From positions 378,758,001-378,822,000 of the forward strand of contig OZ024742.1 of assembly GCA_964016885.1 (NCBI GenBank): 64,000 nt of DNA. The letters are read 5' to 3'. The stretch's first letter is position 1, and each line of letters begins with the position of its first letter. Source of the DNA: Eledone cirrhosa (taxonomy: Eukaryota). A program made the position numbers and the translations under genes. Of this stretch, positions 14,101 to 29,100 are shown one piece after another. The notes under the pieces were generated by a model that saw only the letters and a program-made list of their open reading frames with translations, did not search any database and was not told where the DNA came from.

Positions 14101-17100
14101 TTACACTGACAACTGATTGTTTGTACGACAGCTGACGGTTTGTACTGACAACTGATGGTTTGTACGACAGCTGATGGTTTGTACTGACAGCGATGGTTTG
14201 TACTGACAACTGATGGTTTGTACTGACAGCTGATGCTCTGTACTGAAAGCTGATGGTTTGTACTGACAACTGATGGTTTGTACTTACAACTGATGGTTCG
14301 TACGACAGCTGATGGTTTGTACTGAAAACAGATGGTTTGTACTGACAGCTGATGGTTTGTACTGACAGCTGATGGTTTGTACGACAACTGATGGTTTGTA
14401 CGATAGCTGATGGTTTGTACTGACAGCTGATGGTTTGTAATGAGAATTGATGGTTTGTACTGACAGCTGATGGTTTGTACTGACAGCTGATGGTTTGTAC
14501 TGACAACTGATGGTTTGTACTGACAGCTAATTGTTTGTACTGACAACTGATAGTTTGTACTGACAACTGATGGTTTGTACTGACAGCTGATGGTTTGTAC
14601 TGACAGCTGATGGTTTGTACTGACAGTTGATGGTTTGTACGACAGCTGATGGTTTGTACTAACAACTGATGGTTTGTACTGACAGCTGATGGTTTGTAGT
14701 GGCAGCTGATGGTTTGTACTGACAACTGATGGTTTGTACTGACAACTGATGGTTTGTACTGACAACTGATGGTTTGTACTGACAGCTGACGGTTTGTACT
14801 GACAGCTGATGGTTTGTACGACAGCTGATGGTTTGTACTGACAGCTGATGGATCGTACGTCAGCTGATGGTTTCTACTGACAGTTGATGGTTTGTACTGA
14901 AAACTGATGGTTTATACTGACAGCTGAAGGTTTGTACTGACAGCTGTTGGTTTGTACTGACAACTGATGGTTTGTACTGAGAGCTGATGGTTTGTACTGA
15001 CAGCTGATGGTTTGTACTGACAGCTGATGGTTTGTACTGACTGCTGATAGTTTGTACTGACAATTGATGGTTTGTATGACAGCTGATGGTTAGTAGTGAC
15101 AACTGATAGTTTGTACTGACAGCTGATGGTTTGTAGGACAGCTGATAGTTTGTACTGATAGCTGATGGTTTGTACTGACAACTGATGGTTTTTACTGACA
15201 ACTGATGTTTTGTACTGACAACTGATGGTTTGTACTGACAGCTGATTGTTTGTACTGACAGCTGATGGTTTGTAATGACAACTGATGGTTTGTACTGACA
15301 GCTGATGGTTTGTACTGACAACTGCTGGTTTTTACTGACAGCTGATGGTTTGTACTGACAGCTGATGGTTTGTACTGATAGCTGATGGTTTGTATTCACA
15401 ACTGATGGTTTGTACTGACAACTGATGGTTTCTACGCAGCTGATGGTTTGTACTGACAGCTGATGGTTTGTACTGACAGCTGATGGTTTGTACTGACAAC
15501 TGATAGTCTACACTGACAACTGATTGTTTGTACGACAGCTGATGGTTTGTACTGACAGCTGATGGTTTGTACTGACAGCTAATGGTTTGTACGACAACTG
15601 ATGGTTTGTACGACAGCTGATGGTTTGTACTGACAGCTGATGGTTTGTACTGACAGCTGATGGTTTGTACTGACAACTGATGGTTTGTACTGACAACTGA
15701 TGGTTTGTACGACAGCTGATGGTTTGTACTGACAGCTGATGGTTTGTACTGACAACTGATGGTTTGTACTGACAGCTGATGGTTTGTACTGACAGCTGAT
15801 GGTTTGTACTGACAACTGATGGTTCGTACGACAGCTGATGGTTTGTACTGACAACTGATGGTTTATACGAACCCTTGAAGGTTTGTACGACAACTGATGG
15901 TTTGTACGACAGCTGATGGTTTGTACTGACAACTTATGGTTTGTACTGACAGCTGATGGTTTGTACTGACAACTGATGGTTTGTACTGACAGCTGATGGT
16001 TTGTACTGACAGCTGATGGTTTGTACTGACAAGTTATGGTTTGTACGACAGCTGTTGGTTTGTACTGACAGCTGATGGTTTGTACTGACAACTGATGGTT
16101 TGTACTGACAGCTGATGGTTTCTACTGACAAATGATGGTTTATACTGACAGCTGATGGTTTGTACTGACAACTGATGGATTGTACGACAGCTGATGGTTT
16201 GTACTGACAGCTGATGATTTGTACTGACAACTGATCGTTTGTACTGACAGCTGATGGTTTGGACTGACAACTGATGGTTTGTACTGACAGCTGATGGTTT
16301 GTACTGAGAACTGATGGTTTGTACGACAGCTGAAGGTTTGTACTGACAGCTGATGGTTTGTACTGACAACTGATGGTTTGTACTGAGAGCTGATGGTTTG
16401 TACTGACAGCTGATGGTTTGTACTGACAGCTGATGGTTTGTACGACAGCTGATGCTTTGTACTGAGAGCTGATGGTTTGTGCTGACAACTGAAGGTTTGT
16501 ACTGACAGCTGATGGTTTTTACTGACAGCTGATGGTTTTTACTGACAGCTGATGGTTTGTAGTGACAGCTGATGGTTTGTACTGACAGCTGATGGTTTGT
16601 ACTGACAGCTGATGGTTTTTACGACCACTCATGGTTTGTACGACAGCTGATGGTTTGTACTGACAGCTGATGGTTTGTACTGACAACTGATGGTTTGTAT
16701 TGACAACTGATGGTTTGTACTGACAGGTGACGGTTTGTACTGACAGCTGATGGGTGTACGACAGCTGATGGTTTATATTGACAGCTGATGGTTTGTACTG
16801 AGAGCTGATGGTTTGTACTGGCAACTGGTGGTTTGTACTGACAACTGATGGTTTCTACGCAGCTGATGGTTTGTACTGACAGCTGATGGTTTGTACTAAC
16901 AACTGATGGTTTGTACTGAGAGCTGATGGTTTGTACTGACAGCTGATGGTTTGTACTGACAACTGATGGTTTACACTGACAACTGATTGTTTGTACGACA
17001 ACTGATGGTTTGTACTGACAGCTGATGGTTTGTACTGACAGCTGATGGTTTGTACTGACAGCTGGTGGTTTGTACGACAACTGATGGTTTGTACGACAGC

Positions 17101-20100
17101 TGATGGTTTGTATTGACAGCTGATGGTTTGTACTGAAAACTGATGGTTTGAACTGAGAGCTGATGGTTTGTACTGACAGCTGATGATTTGTACTGACAGC
17201 TGATGGTTTGTACGACAACTGATGGTTTGTACGACAGCTGGTGGTTTGTGCTGACAACTGATGGTTTGTAGTGACAACTGGTGGTTTGTACTGACAACTG
17301 ATGGTTTGTACTGACAACTGATGGTATGTACTGACAACTGATGGTTTGTACTGACAGCTGACGGTTTGTACGACAGCTTATGGTTTGTATTGACAACTGA
17401 TGGTTTGTACGACAGCTGATGGTTTGTAGGACAGCTGATGGTTTGTACTGACAACTGATGGTTTGTACTGACAACTGATGGTTTGCACTGACAACTGATG
17501 GTTTCTACGACAGCTGATGGTTTGTACTGACAACTGATGGTTTCTACGACAGCTGATGGTTTGTACTGACAGCTGATGGTTTGTACTGACAAGTGATGGT
17601 TTGTACGACAGCTAGTGGTTTGTACGACAGCTGATGGTTTGTACGACAGCTGATAGTTTGTACGACAGCTGATGATTTGTACTGACAACTTATGGTTTAT
17701 ACGACAACTGATCGTTTGTACGACAGCTGATGGTTTGTACTGATAACAGATAGTTTGTACGACAGCTGATGGTTTGTACTGACAACTGATGGTTTGTACT
17801 GACAGCTGATGGTTTGTACTGACAGCTGATGGTTTGTACTGACTGCTGATAGTTTGTACTGATAATTGATGGTTTGTATGACAGCTGATGGTTAGTAGTG
17901 ACAACTGATGGTTTGTACTGACAGCTGATGGTTTGTAGGACAGCTGATAGTTTGTACTGACAGCTGATGGTTTGTACTGACAACTGATGGTTTTTACTGA
18001 CAACTGATGTTTTGTACTGACAACTGATGGTTTGTACTGACAGCTGATTGTTTGTACTGACAGCTGATGGTTTGTAATGACAACTGATGGTTTGTACTGA
18101 CAGCTGATGGTTTGTACTGACAGCTGATGGTTTGTACTGATAGCTGATGGTTTGTATTCACCACTGATGGTTTGTACTGACAACTGATGGTTTCTACGCA
18201 GCTGATGGTTTGTAGGACAGCTGCTGGTTTGTACTGACAACTGATGGTTTGTACTGACAACTGATGGTTTGCACTGACAACTGATGGTTTATACGACAGC
18301 TGATGGTTTGTACAGACAACTGATGGTTTGTACGACAACTGATGGTTTGTACGACAGCTGATGGTTTGTACGACAGCTGATGGTTTGTACTGACAACTTA
18401 TGGTTTGTACGACAGCTGATGGTTTGTACTGACAACTGATGGTTTGTACTGACAACTGATGGTTTGTACGACAGCTGATGGTTTGTACTGACAATTGATG
18501 GTTTGTACTGACAGCTGATGGTTTGTACTGACAGCTGATGGTTTGTACTGACAACTGATGGTTTGTACGACAGCTGATGGTTTGTACTGAGAGCTGATGA
18601 TTTGTAATGACAACTGATGGTTTGTACTGACAGCTGATGGTTTGTACTGACAGCTGATGGTTTGTACTGACAACTGATTGTTTGTACTGACAGACGATGG
18701 TTTGTACTGACAACTGATGGTTTGTACTGACAACTGATGGTTTGTACTGATAGCTGATGGTTTGTACTGACAGCTGATTGTTTGTACTGACAACTGATGG
18801 TTAGTACTGACAGCTGATGGTTTGTACTGACAACAGATGGTTTGTACGACAGCTGATAGTTTATACTGACAAATGATGGTTTGTACTGACAGCTGATGGT
18901 TTGTACGACAGCTGATGCTTTGTACTGAGAGCTGATGGTTTGTGCTGACAACTGAAGGTTTGTACTGACAGCTGATGGTTTTTACTGACAGCTGATGGTT
19001 TTTACTGACAGCTGATGGTTTGTAGTGACAGCTGATGGTTTGTACTGACAGCTGATGGTTTGTACTGACAGCTGATGGTTTGTACTGACAGCTGATGGTT
19101 TTTACGACAACTCATGGTTTGTACGACAGCTGATGGTTTGTACTGACAGCTGATGGTTTGTACTGACAACTGATGGTTTGTATTGACAACTGATGGTTTG
19201 TACTGACAGGTGACGGTTTGTACTGACAGCTGATGGTTTGTACGACAGCTGATGGTTTATATTGACAGCTGATGGTTTGTACTGAGAGCTGATGGTTTGT
19301 ACTGGCAACTGGTGGTTTGTACTGACAACTGATGGTTTCTACGCAGCTGATGGTTTGTACTGACAGCTGATGGTTTGTACTAACAACTGATGGTTTGTAC
19401 TGAGAGCTGATGGTTTGTACTGACAGCTGATGGTTTGTACTGACAACTGATGGTTTACACTGACAACTGATTGTTTGTACGACAACTGATGGTTTGTACT
19501 GACAGCTGATGGTTTGTACTGACAGCTGATGGTTTGTACTGACAGCTGGTGGTTTGTACGACAACTGATGGTTTGTACGACAGCTGATGGTTTGTATTGA
19601 CAGCTGATGGTTTGTACTGAAAACTGATGGTTTGTACTGAGAGCTGATGGTTTGTACTGACAGCTGATGATTTGTACTGACAGCTGATGGTTTGTACGAC
19701 AACTGATGGTTTGTACGACAGCTGGTGGTTTGTGCTGACAACTGATGGTTTGTAGTGACAACTGGTGGTTTGTACTGACAACTGATGGTTTGTACTGACA
19801 ACTGATGGTATGTACTGACAACTGATGGTTTGTACTGACAGCTGACGGTTTGTACGACAGCTTATGGTTTGTATTGACAACTGATGGTTTGTACGACAGC
19901 TGATGGTTTGTAGGACAGCTGATGGTTTGTACTGACAACTGATGGTTTGTACTGACAACTGATGGTTTGCACTGACAACTGATGGTTTCTACGACAGCTG
20001 ATGGTTTGTACTGACAACTGATAGTTTCTACGACAGCTGATGGTTTGTACTGACAGCTGATGGTTTGTACTGACAAGTGATGGTTTGTACGACAGCTAGT

Positions 20101-23100
20101 GGTTTGTACGACAGCTGATGGTTTGTACGACAGCTGATAGTTTGTACGACAGCTGATGATTTGTACTGACAACTTATGGTTTATACGACAACTGATCGTT
20201 TGTACGACAGCTGATGGTTTGTACGACAGCTGATGGTTTGTACTGATAACAGATAGTTTGTACGACAGCTGATGGTTTGTACTGACAACTGATGGTTTGT
20301 ACTGACAGCTGATGGTTTGTACTGACAGCTGATGGTTTGTACTGACTGCTGATAGTTTGTACTGATAATTGATGGTTTGTATGACAGCTGATGGTTAGTA
20401 GTGACAACTGATGGTTTGTACTGACAGCTGATGGTTTGTAGGACAGCTGATAGTTTGTACTGACAGCTGATGGTTTGTACTGACAACTGATGGTTTTTAC
20501 TGACAACTGATGTTTTGTACTGACAACTGATGGTTTGTACTGACAGCTGATTGTTTGTACTGACAGCTGATGGTTTGTAATGACAACTGATGGTTTGTAC
20601 TGACAGCTGATGGTTTGTACTGACAGCTGATGGTTTGTACTGATAGCTGATGGTTTGTATTCACCACTGATGGTTTCTACTGACAACTGATGGTTTCTAC
20701 GCAGCTGATGGTTTGTAGGACAGCTGCTGGTTTGTACTGACAACTGATGGTTTGTACTGACAACTGATGGTTTGCACTGACAACTGATGGTTTATACGAC
20801 AGCTGATGGTTTGTACAGACAACTGATGGTTTGTACGACAACTGATGGTTTGTACGACAGCTGATGGTTTGTACGACAGCTGATGGTTTGTACTGACAAC
20901 TTATGGCTTGTACGACAGCTGATGGTTTGTACTGACAACTGATGGTTTGTACTGACAACTGATGGTTTGTACGACAGCTGATGGTTTGTACTGACAATTG
21001 ATGGTTTGTACTGACAGCTGATGGTTTGTACTGACAGCTGATGGTTTGTACTGACAACTGATGGTTTGTACGACAGCTGATGGTTTGTACTGAGAGCTGA
21101 TGATTTGTAATGACAACTGATGGTTTGTACTGACAGCTGATGGTTTGTACTGACAGCTGATGGTTTGTACTGACAACTGATTGTTTGTACTGACAGACGA
21201 TGGTTTGTACTGACAACTGATGGTTTGTACTGACAACTGATGGTTTGTACTGATAGCTGATGGTTTGTACTGACAGCTGATTGTTTGTACTGACAACTGA
21301 TGGTTAGTACTGACAGCTGATGGTTTGTACTGACAACAGATGGTTTGTACGACAGCTGATAGTTTATACTGACAAATGATGGTTTGTACTGACAGCTGAT
21401 GGTTTGTACGACAGCTGATGCTTTGTACTGAGAGCTGATGGTTTGTGCTGACAACTGAAGGTTTGTACTGACAGCTGATGGTTTTTACTGACAGCTGATG
21501 GTTTTTACTGACAGCTGATGGTTTGTAGTGACAGCTGATGGTTTGTACTGACAGCTGATAGTTTGTACTGACAGCTGATGGTTTGTACGACAACTCGTGG
21601 TTTGTACGACAGCTGATGGTTTGTACTGACAGCTGATGGTTTGTACTGAGAACTGATGGTTTGTACTGACAACTGATGGTTTGTATTGACAACTGATGGT
21701 TTGTACTGACAGATGACGGTTTGTACTGACAGCTGATGGTTTATATTGACAGCTGATGGTTTGTACTGAGAGCTGATGGTTTGTACTGGCAACTGGTGGT
21801 TTGTACTGACAACTGATGGTTTCTACGCAGCTGATGGTTTGTACTGACAGCTGATGGTTTGTACTAACAACTGATGGTTTGTACTGAGAGCTGATGGTTT
21901 GTACTGACAGCTGATGGTTTGTACTGACAACTGATGGTTTACACTGACAACTGATTGTTTGTACGACAACTGATGGTTTGTACTGACAGCTGATGGTTTG
22001 TACTGACAGCTGATGGTTTGTACTGACAGCTGGTGGTTTGTACGACAACTGATGGTTTGTACGACAGCTGATGGTTTGTACTGACAGCTGATGGTTTGTA
22101 CTGAAAACTGATGGTTTGTACTGAGAGCTGATGGTTTGTACTGACTGCTGATGATTTGTACTGACAGCTGATGGTTTGTACGACAACTGATGGTTTGTAC
22201 GACAGCTGGTGGTTTGTGCTGACAACTGATGGTTTGTAGTGACAACTGGTGGTTTGTACTGACAACTGATGGTATGTACTGACAACTGATGGTTTGTACT
22301 GACAGCTGACGGTTTGTACGACAGCTTATGGTTTGTATTGACAACTGATGGTTTGTACGACAGCTGATGGTTTGTAGGACAGCTGATGGTTTGTACTGAC
22401 AACTGATGGTTTGTACTGACAACTGATGGTTTGCACTGACAACTGATGGTTTCTACGACAGCTGATGGTTTGTACTGACAACTGATGGTTTTTACGACAG
22501 CTGATGGTTTGTACTGACAGCTGATGGTTTGTACTGACAAGTGATGGTTCGTACGACAGCTAGTGGTTTGTACGACAGCTGGTGGTTTGTACGACAGCTG
22601 ATGGTTTGTACGACAGCTGATGATTTGTACTGACAACTTATGGTTTATACGACAACTGATCGTTTGTACGACAGCTGATGGTTTGTACGACAGCTGATGG
22701 TTTGTACTGATAACAGATAGTTTGTACGACAGCTGATGGTTTGTACTGACAACTGATGGTTTGTACTGACAGCTGATGGTTTGTACGACAGCTGATGGTT
22801 TGTACTGACAGCTGATGGTTTGTACTGACAGCTGATGGTTTGTACTGACAACTGATGGTTTGTACTGGCAACTGATGGTTTGTACTGACAGCTGACGGTT
22901 TGTACTGACAACTGATGGTTTGTACTGACAGCTGATGGTTTATACGACAGCTGCTGGTTTGTATTGACAACTGATGGTTTGTACTGACAGCTGATGGTTT
23001 GTACTGAGAGCTGATGGTTTGTACTGACAGCTGATGGTTTGTACTGACAGATGATGGTTTGTACTGACTGCTGATAGTTTGTACTGACAATTGATGGTTT

Positions 23101-26100
23101 GTATGACAGCTGATGGTTAGTAGTGACAACTGATAGTTTATACTGACAGCTGATGGTTTGTAGGACAGCTGATAGTTTGTACTGGCAGCTGTTGGTTTGT
23201 ACTGACAACTGATGGTATCTACGCAGCTGATGGTTTGTACTGACAGCTGATGGTTTGTACTGACAACTGATGGTTTGTACTGACAGCTGATGGTTCGTAC
23301 TGCCAGCTGATGGTTTACACTGACAACTGATTGTTTGTACGACAGCTGACGGGTTGTACTGACAACTGATGGTTTGTACGACAGCTGATGGTTTGTACTG
23401 ACAGCGATGGTTTGTACTGACAACTGATGGTTTGTACTGACAGCTGATGGTATGTACTGAAAGCTGATGGTTTGTACTGACAACTGATGGTTTGTACTTA
23501 CAACTGATGGTTCGTACGACAGCTGATGGTTTGTACTGAAAACAGATGGTTTGTACTGACAGCTGATGGTTTGTACTGACAGCTGATGGTTTGTACGACA
23601 ACTGATGGTTTGTACGATAGCTGATGGTTTGTACTGACAGCTGATGGTTTGTACTGACAGCTGATGGTTTGTACTGACAGCTGATGGTTTGTACTGACAG
23701 CTGATGGTTTGTACTGACAACTGATGGTTTGTACTGACAGCTAATTGTTTGTACTGACAACTGATAGTTTGTACTGACAACTGATGGTTTGTACTGACAG
23801 CTGATGGTTTGTACTGACAGCTGATGGTTTGTACTGACAGCTGATGGTTTGTACGACAGCTGATGGTTTGTACTAACAACTGATGGTTTGTACTGACAGC
23901 TGATGGTTTGTAGTGGCAGCTGATGGTTTGTACTGACAACTGATGGTTTGTACTGACAACTGATGGTTTGTACTGACAACTGATGGTTTGTACTGACAGC
24001 TGACGGTTTGTACTGACAGCTGATGGTTTGTACGACAGCTGATGGTTTGTACTGACAGCTGATGGATCGTACGTCAGCTGATGGTTTCTACTGACAGTTG
24101 ATGGTTTGTACTGAAAACTGATGGTTTATACTGACAGCTGAAGGTTTGTACTGACAGCTGTTGGTTTGTACTGACAACTGATGGTTTGTACTGAGAGCTG
24201 ATGGTTTGTACTGACAGCTGATGGTTTGTACTGACAGCTGATGGTTTGTACTGACTGCTGATAGTTTGTACTGACAATTGATGGTTTGTATGACAGCTGA
24301 TGGTTAGTAGTGACAACTGATAGTTTGTACTGACAGCTGATGGTTTGTAGGACAGCTGATAGTTTGTACTGATAGCTGATGGTTTGTACTGACAACTGAT
24401 GGTTTTTACTGACAACTGATGTTTTGTACTGACAACTGATGGTTTGTACTGACAGCTGATTGTTTGTACTGACAGCTGATGGTTTGTAATGACAACTGAT
24501 GGTTTGTACTGACAGCTGATGGTTTGTACTGACAACTGCTGGTTTTTACTGACAGCTGATGGTTTGTACTGACAGCTGATGGTTTGTACTGATAGCTGAT
24601 GGTTTGTATTCACAACTGATGGGTTGTACTGACAACTGATGGTTTCTACGCAGCTGATGGTTTGTACTGACAGCTGATGGTTTGTACTGACAGCTGATGT
24701 TTTGTACTGACAACTGATAGTCTACACTGACAACTGATTGTTTGTACGACAGCTGATGGTTTGTACTGACAGCTGATGGTTTGTACTGACAGCTGATGGT
24801 TTGTACGACAACTGATGGTTTGTACGACAGCTGATGGTTTGTACTGACAGCTGATGGTTTGTACTGACAGCTGATGGTTTGTACTGACAACTGATGGTTT
24901 GTACTGACAACTGATGGTTTGTACGACAGCTGATGGTTTGTACTGACAGCTGATGATTTGTACTGACAACTGATGGTTTGTACTGACAGCTGATGGTTTG
25001 TACTGACAGCTGATGGTTTGTATTGACAACTGATGGTTCGTACGAAAGCTGATGGTTTGTACTGACAACTGATGGTTTATACGAACCCTTGAAGGTTTGT
25101 ACGACAACTGATGGTTTGTACGACAGCTGATGGTTTGTACTGACAACTTATGGTTTGTACTGACAGCTGATGGTTTGTACTGACAAATGATGGTTTGTAC
25201 TGACAGCTGATGGTTTGTACTGACAAGTTATGGTTTGTACGACAGCTGTTGGTTTGTACTGACAGCTGATGGTTTGTACTGACAACTGATGGTTTGTACT
25301 GACAGCTGATGGTTTCTACTGACAAATGATGGTTTATACTGACAGCTGATGGTTTGTACTGACAACTGATGGATTGTACGACAGCTGATGGTTTGTACTG
25401 ACAGCTGATGATTTGTACTGACAACTGATCGTTTGTACTGACAGCTGATGGTTTGGACTGACAACTGATGGTTTGTACTGACAGCTGATGGTTTGTACTG
25501 AGAACTGATGGTTTGTACGACAGCTGATGGTTTGTACTGACAGCTGATGGTTTGTACTGAAAACTGATGGTTTGTACTGACAGCTGAAGGTTTGTACTGA
25601 CAGCTGATGGTTTGTACTGACAACTGATGGTTTGTACTGAGAGCTGATGGTTGGTACTGACAGCTGATGGTTTGTACTGACAGCTGATGGTTTGTACGAC
25701 AGCTGATGCTTTGTACCGAGAGCTGATGGTTTGTGCTGACAACTGAAGGTTTGTACTGACAGCTGATGGTTTTTACTGACAGCTGATGGTTTTTACTGAC
25801 AGCTGATGGTTTGTAGTGACAGCTGATGGTTTGTACTGACAGCTGATGGTTTGTACTGACAGCTGATGGTTTGTACGACAACTCATGGTTTGTACGACAG
25901 CTGATGGTTTGTACTGACAGCTGATGGTTTGTACTGACAACTGATGGTTTGTATTGACAACTGATGGTTTGTACTGACAGGTGACGGTTTGTACTGACAG
26001 CTGATGGTTTGTACGACAGCTGATGGTTTATATTGACAGCTGATGGTTTGTACTGAGAGCTGATGGTTTGTACTGGCAACTGGTGGTTTGTACTGACAAC

Positions 26101-29100
26101 TGATGGTTTCTACGCAGCTGATGGTTTGTACTGACAGCTGATGGTTTGTACTAACAACTGATGGTTTGTACTGAGAGCTGATGGTTTGTACTGACAGCTG
26201 ATGGTTTGTACTGACAACTGATGGTTTACACTGACAACTGATTGTTTGTACGACAACTGATGGTTTGTACTGACAGCTGATGGTTTGTACTGACAGCTGA
26301 TGGTTTGTACTGACAGCTGGTGGTTTGTACGACAACTGATGGTTTGTACGACAGCTGATGGTTTGTACTGACAGCTGATGGTTTGTACTGAAAACTGATG
26401 GTTTGTACTGAGAGCTGATGGTTTGTACTGACAGCTGATGATTTGTACTGACAGCTGATGGTTTGTACGACAACTGATGGTTTGTACGACAGCTGGTGGT
26501 TTGTGCTGACAACTGATGGTTTGTAGTGACAACTGGTGGTTTGTACTGACAACTGATGGTTTGTACTGACAACTGATGGTATGTACTGACAACTGATGGT
26601 TTGTACTGACAGCTGACGGTTTGTACGACAGCTTATGGTTTGTATTGACAACTGATGGTTTGTACGACAGCTGATGGTTTGTAGGACAGCTGATGGTTTG
26701 TACTGACAACTGATGGTTTGTACTGACAACTGATGGTTTGCACTGACAACTGATGGTTTCTACGACAGCTGATGGTTTGTACTGACAACTGATGGTTTGT
26801 ACGACAGCTGATGGTTTGTACTGACAGCTGATGGTTTGTACTGACAAGTGATGGTTTGTACGACAGCTAGTGGTTTGTACGACAGCTGATGGTTTGTACG
26901 ACAGCTGATAGTTTGTACGACAGCTGATGATTTGTACTGACAACTTATGGTTTATACGACAACTGATCGTTTGTACGACAGCTGATGGTTTGTACGACAG
27001 CTGATGGTTTGTACTGATAACAGATAGTTTGTACGACAGCTGATGGTTTGTACTGACAACTGATGGTTTGTACTGACAGCTGATGGTTTGTACGACAGCT
27101 GATGGTTTGTACTGACAGCTGATGGTTTGTACTGACAGCTGATGGTTTGTACTGACAACTGGTGGTTTGTACTGGCAACTGATGGTTTGTACTGACAGCT
27201 GACGGTTTGTACTGACAACTGATGGTTTGTACTGACAGCTGATGGTTTATACGACAGCTGCTGGTTTGTACTGACAACTGATGGTTTGTACTGACAGCTG
27301 ATGGTTTGTAGTGACAGCTGATGGTTTGTACTGACAACTGATGGTTTGTACTGACAACTGATGGTTTGTACTGACAACTGATGGTTTGTACTGACAGCTG
27401 ACGGTTTGTACTGACAGCTGATGGTTTGTACGACAGCTGATGGTTTGTACTGACAGCTGATAGTTTGTACCGAGAGCTGATGGTTTGTACTGGCAACTGT
27501 TGGTTTGTACTGACAACTGATGGTATCTACGCAGCTGATGGTTTGTACTGACAGCTGATGGTTTGTACTGACAGCTGATGGTTTGTACTGACAGCTGATG
27601 GTTTACACTGACAACTGATTGTTTGTACGACAGCTGACGGTTTGTACTGACAGCTGATGGTTTGTACTGACATCTGATGGTTTGTACTGACAGCTGATGG
27701 TTTGTACGACAACTCATGGTTTGTACGACAGCTGATGGTTTGTACTGACAGCTGATAGTTTGTACTGACAGCTGATGGTTTGTACTGACAACTGATGGTT
27801 TGTACTGACAACTGATGGTTTGTACGACAGCTGATGGTTTGTACTGACAGCGATGGTTTGTACTGACAACTGATGGTTTGTACTGACAGCTGATGGTCTG
27901 TACTGAAAGCTGATGGTTTGTACTGACAACTGATGGTTTGTACTTACAACTGATGGTTCGTACGACAGCTGATGGTTTGTACTGAAAACAGATGGTTTGT
28001 ACTGTCAGCTGATGGTTTGTACTGACAGCTGATGGTTTGTACGACAACTGATGGTTTGTACGACAGCTGATGGTTTGTACTGACAGCTGATGGTTTGTAA
28101 TGAGAATTGATGGTTTGTACTGACAGCTGATGGTTTGTACTGACAACTGATGGTTTGTACTGACAGCTGATGGTTTGTACGACAGCTGATGGTTTGTACT
28201 AACAACTGATGGTTTGTACTGACAGCTGATGGTTTGTAGTGAAAGCTGATGGTTTGTACTGACAACTGATGGTTTGTACTGACAACTGATGGTTTGTACT
28301 GACAACTGATGGTTTGTACTGACAGCTGACGGTTTGTACTGACAGCTGATGGTTTGTACGACAGCTGATGGTTTGTACTGACAGCTGATGGATCGTACGT
28401 CAGATGATGGTTTCTACTGACATTTGATGGTTTGTACTGAAAACTGATGGTTTGTACTGACAGGTGAAGGTTTGTACTGACAGCTGTTGGTTTGTACTGA
28501 CAACTGATGGTTTGTACTGAGAGCTGATGGTTTGTACTGACAGCTGATGGTTTGTACTGACAGCTGATGGTTTGTACTGACTGCTGATAGTTTGTACTGA
28601 CAATTGATGGTTTGTATGACAGCTGATGGTTAGTAGTGACAACTGATAGTTTGTACTGACAGCTGATGGTTTGTAGGACAGCTGATAGTTTGTACTGACA
28701 GCTGATGGTTTGTACTGACAACTGATGATTTTTACTGACAACTGATGTTTTGTACTGACAACTGATGGTTTGTACTGACAGCTGATTGTTTGTACTGACA
28801 GCTGATGGTTTGTAATGACAACTGATGGTTTGTACTGACAGCTGATGGTTTGTACTGACAACTGCTGGTTTTTACTGACAGCTGATGGTTTGTACTGACA
28901 GCTGATGGTTTGTACTGATAGCTGATGGTTTGTATTCACAACTGATGTTTTGTACTGACAACTGATGGTTTCTACGCAGCTGATGGTTTGTACTGACAGC
29001 TGATGGTTTGTACTGACAACTGATAGTCTACACTGACAACTGATTGTTTGTACGACAGCTGATGGTTTGTACTGACAGCTGATGGTTTGTACTGACAGCT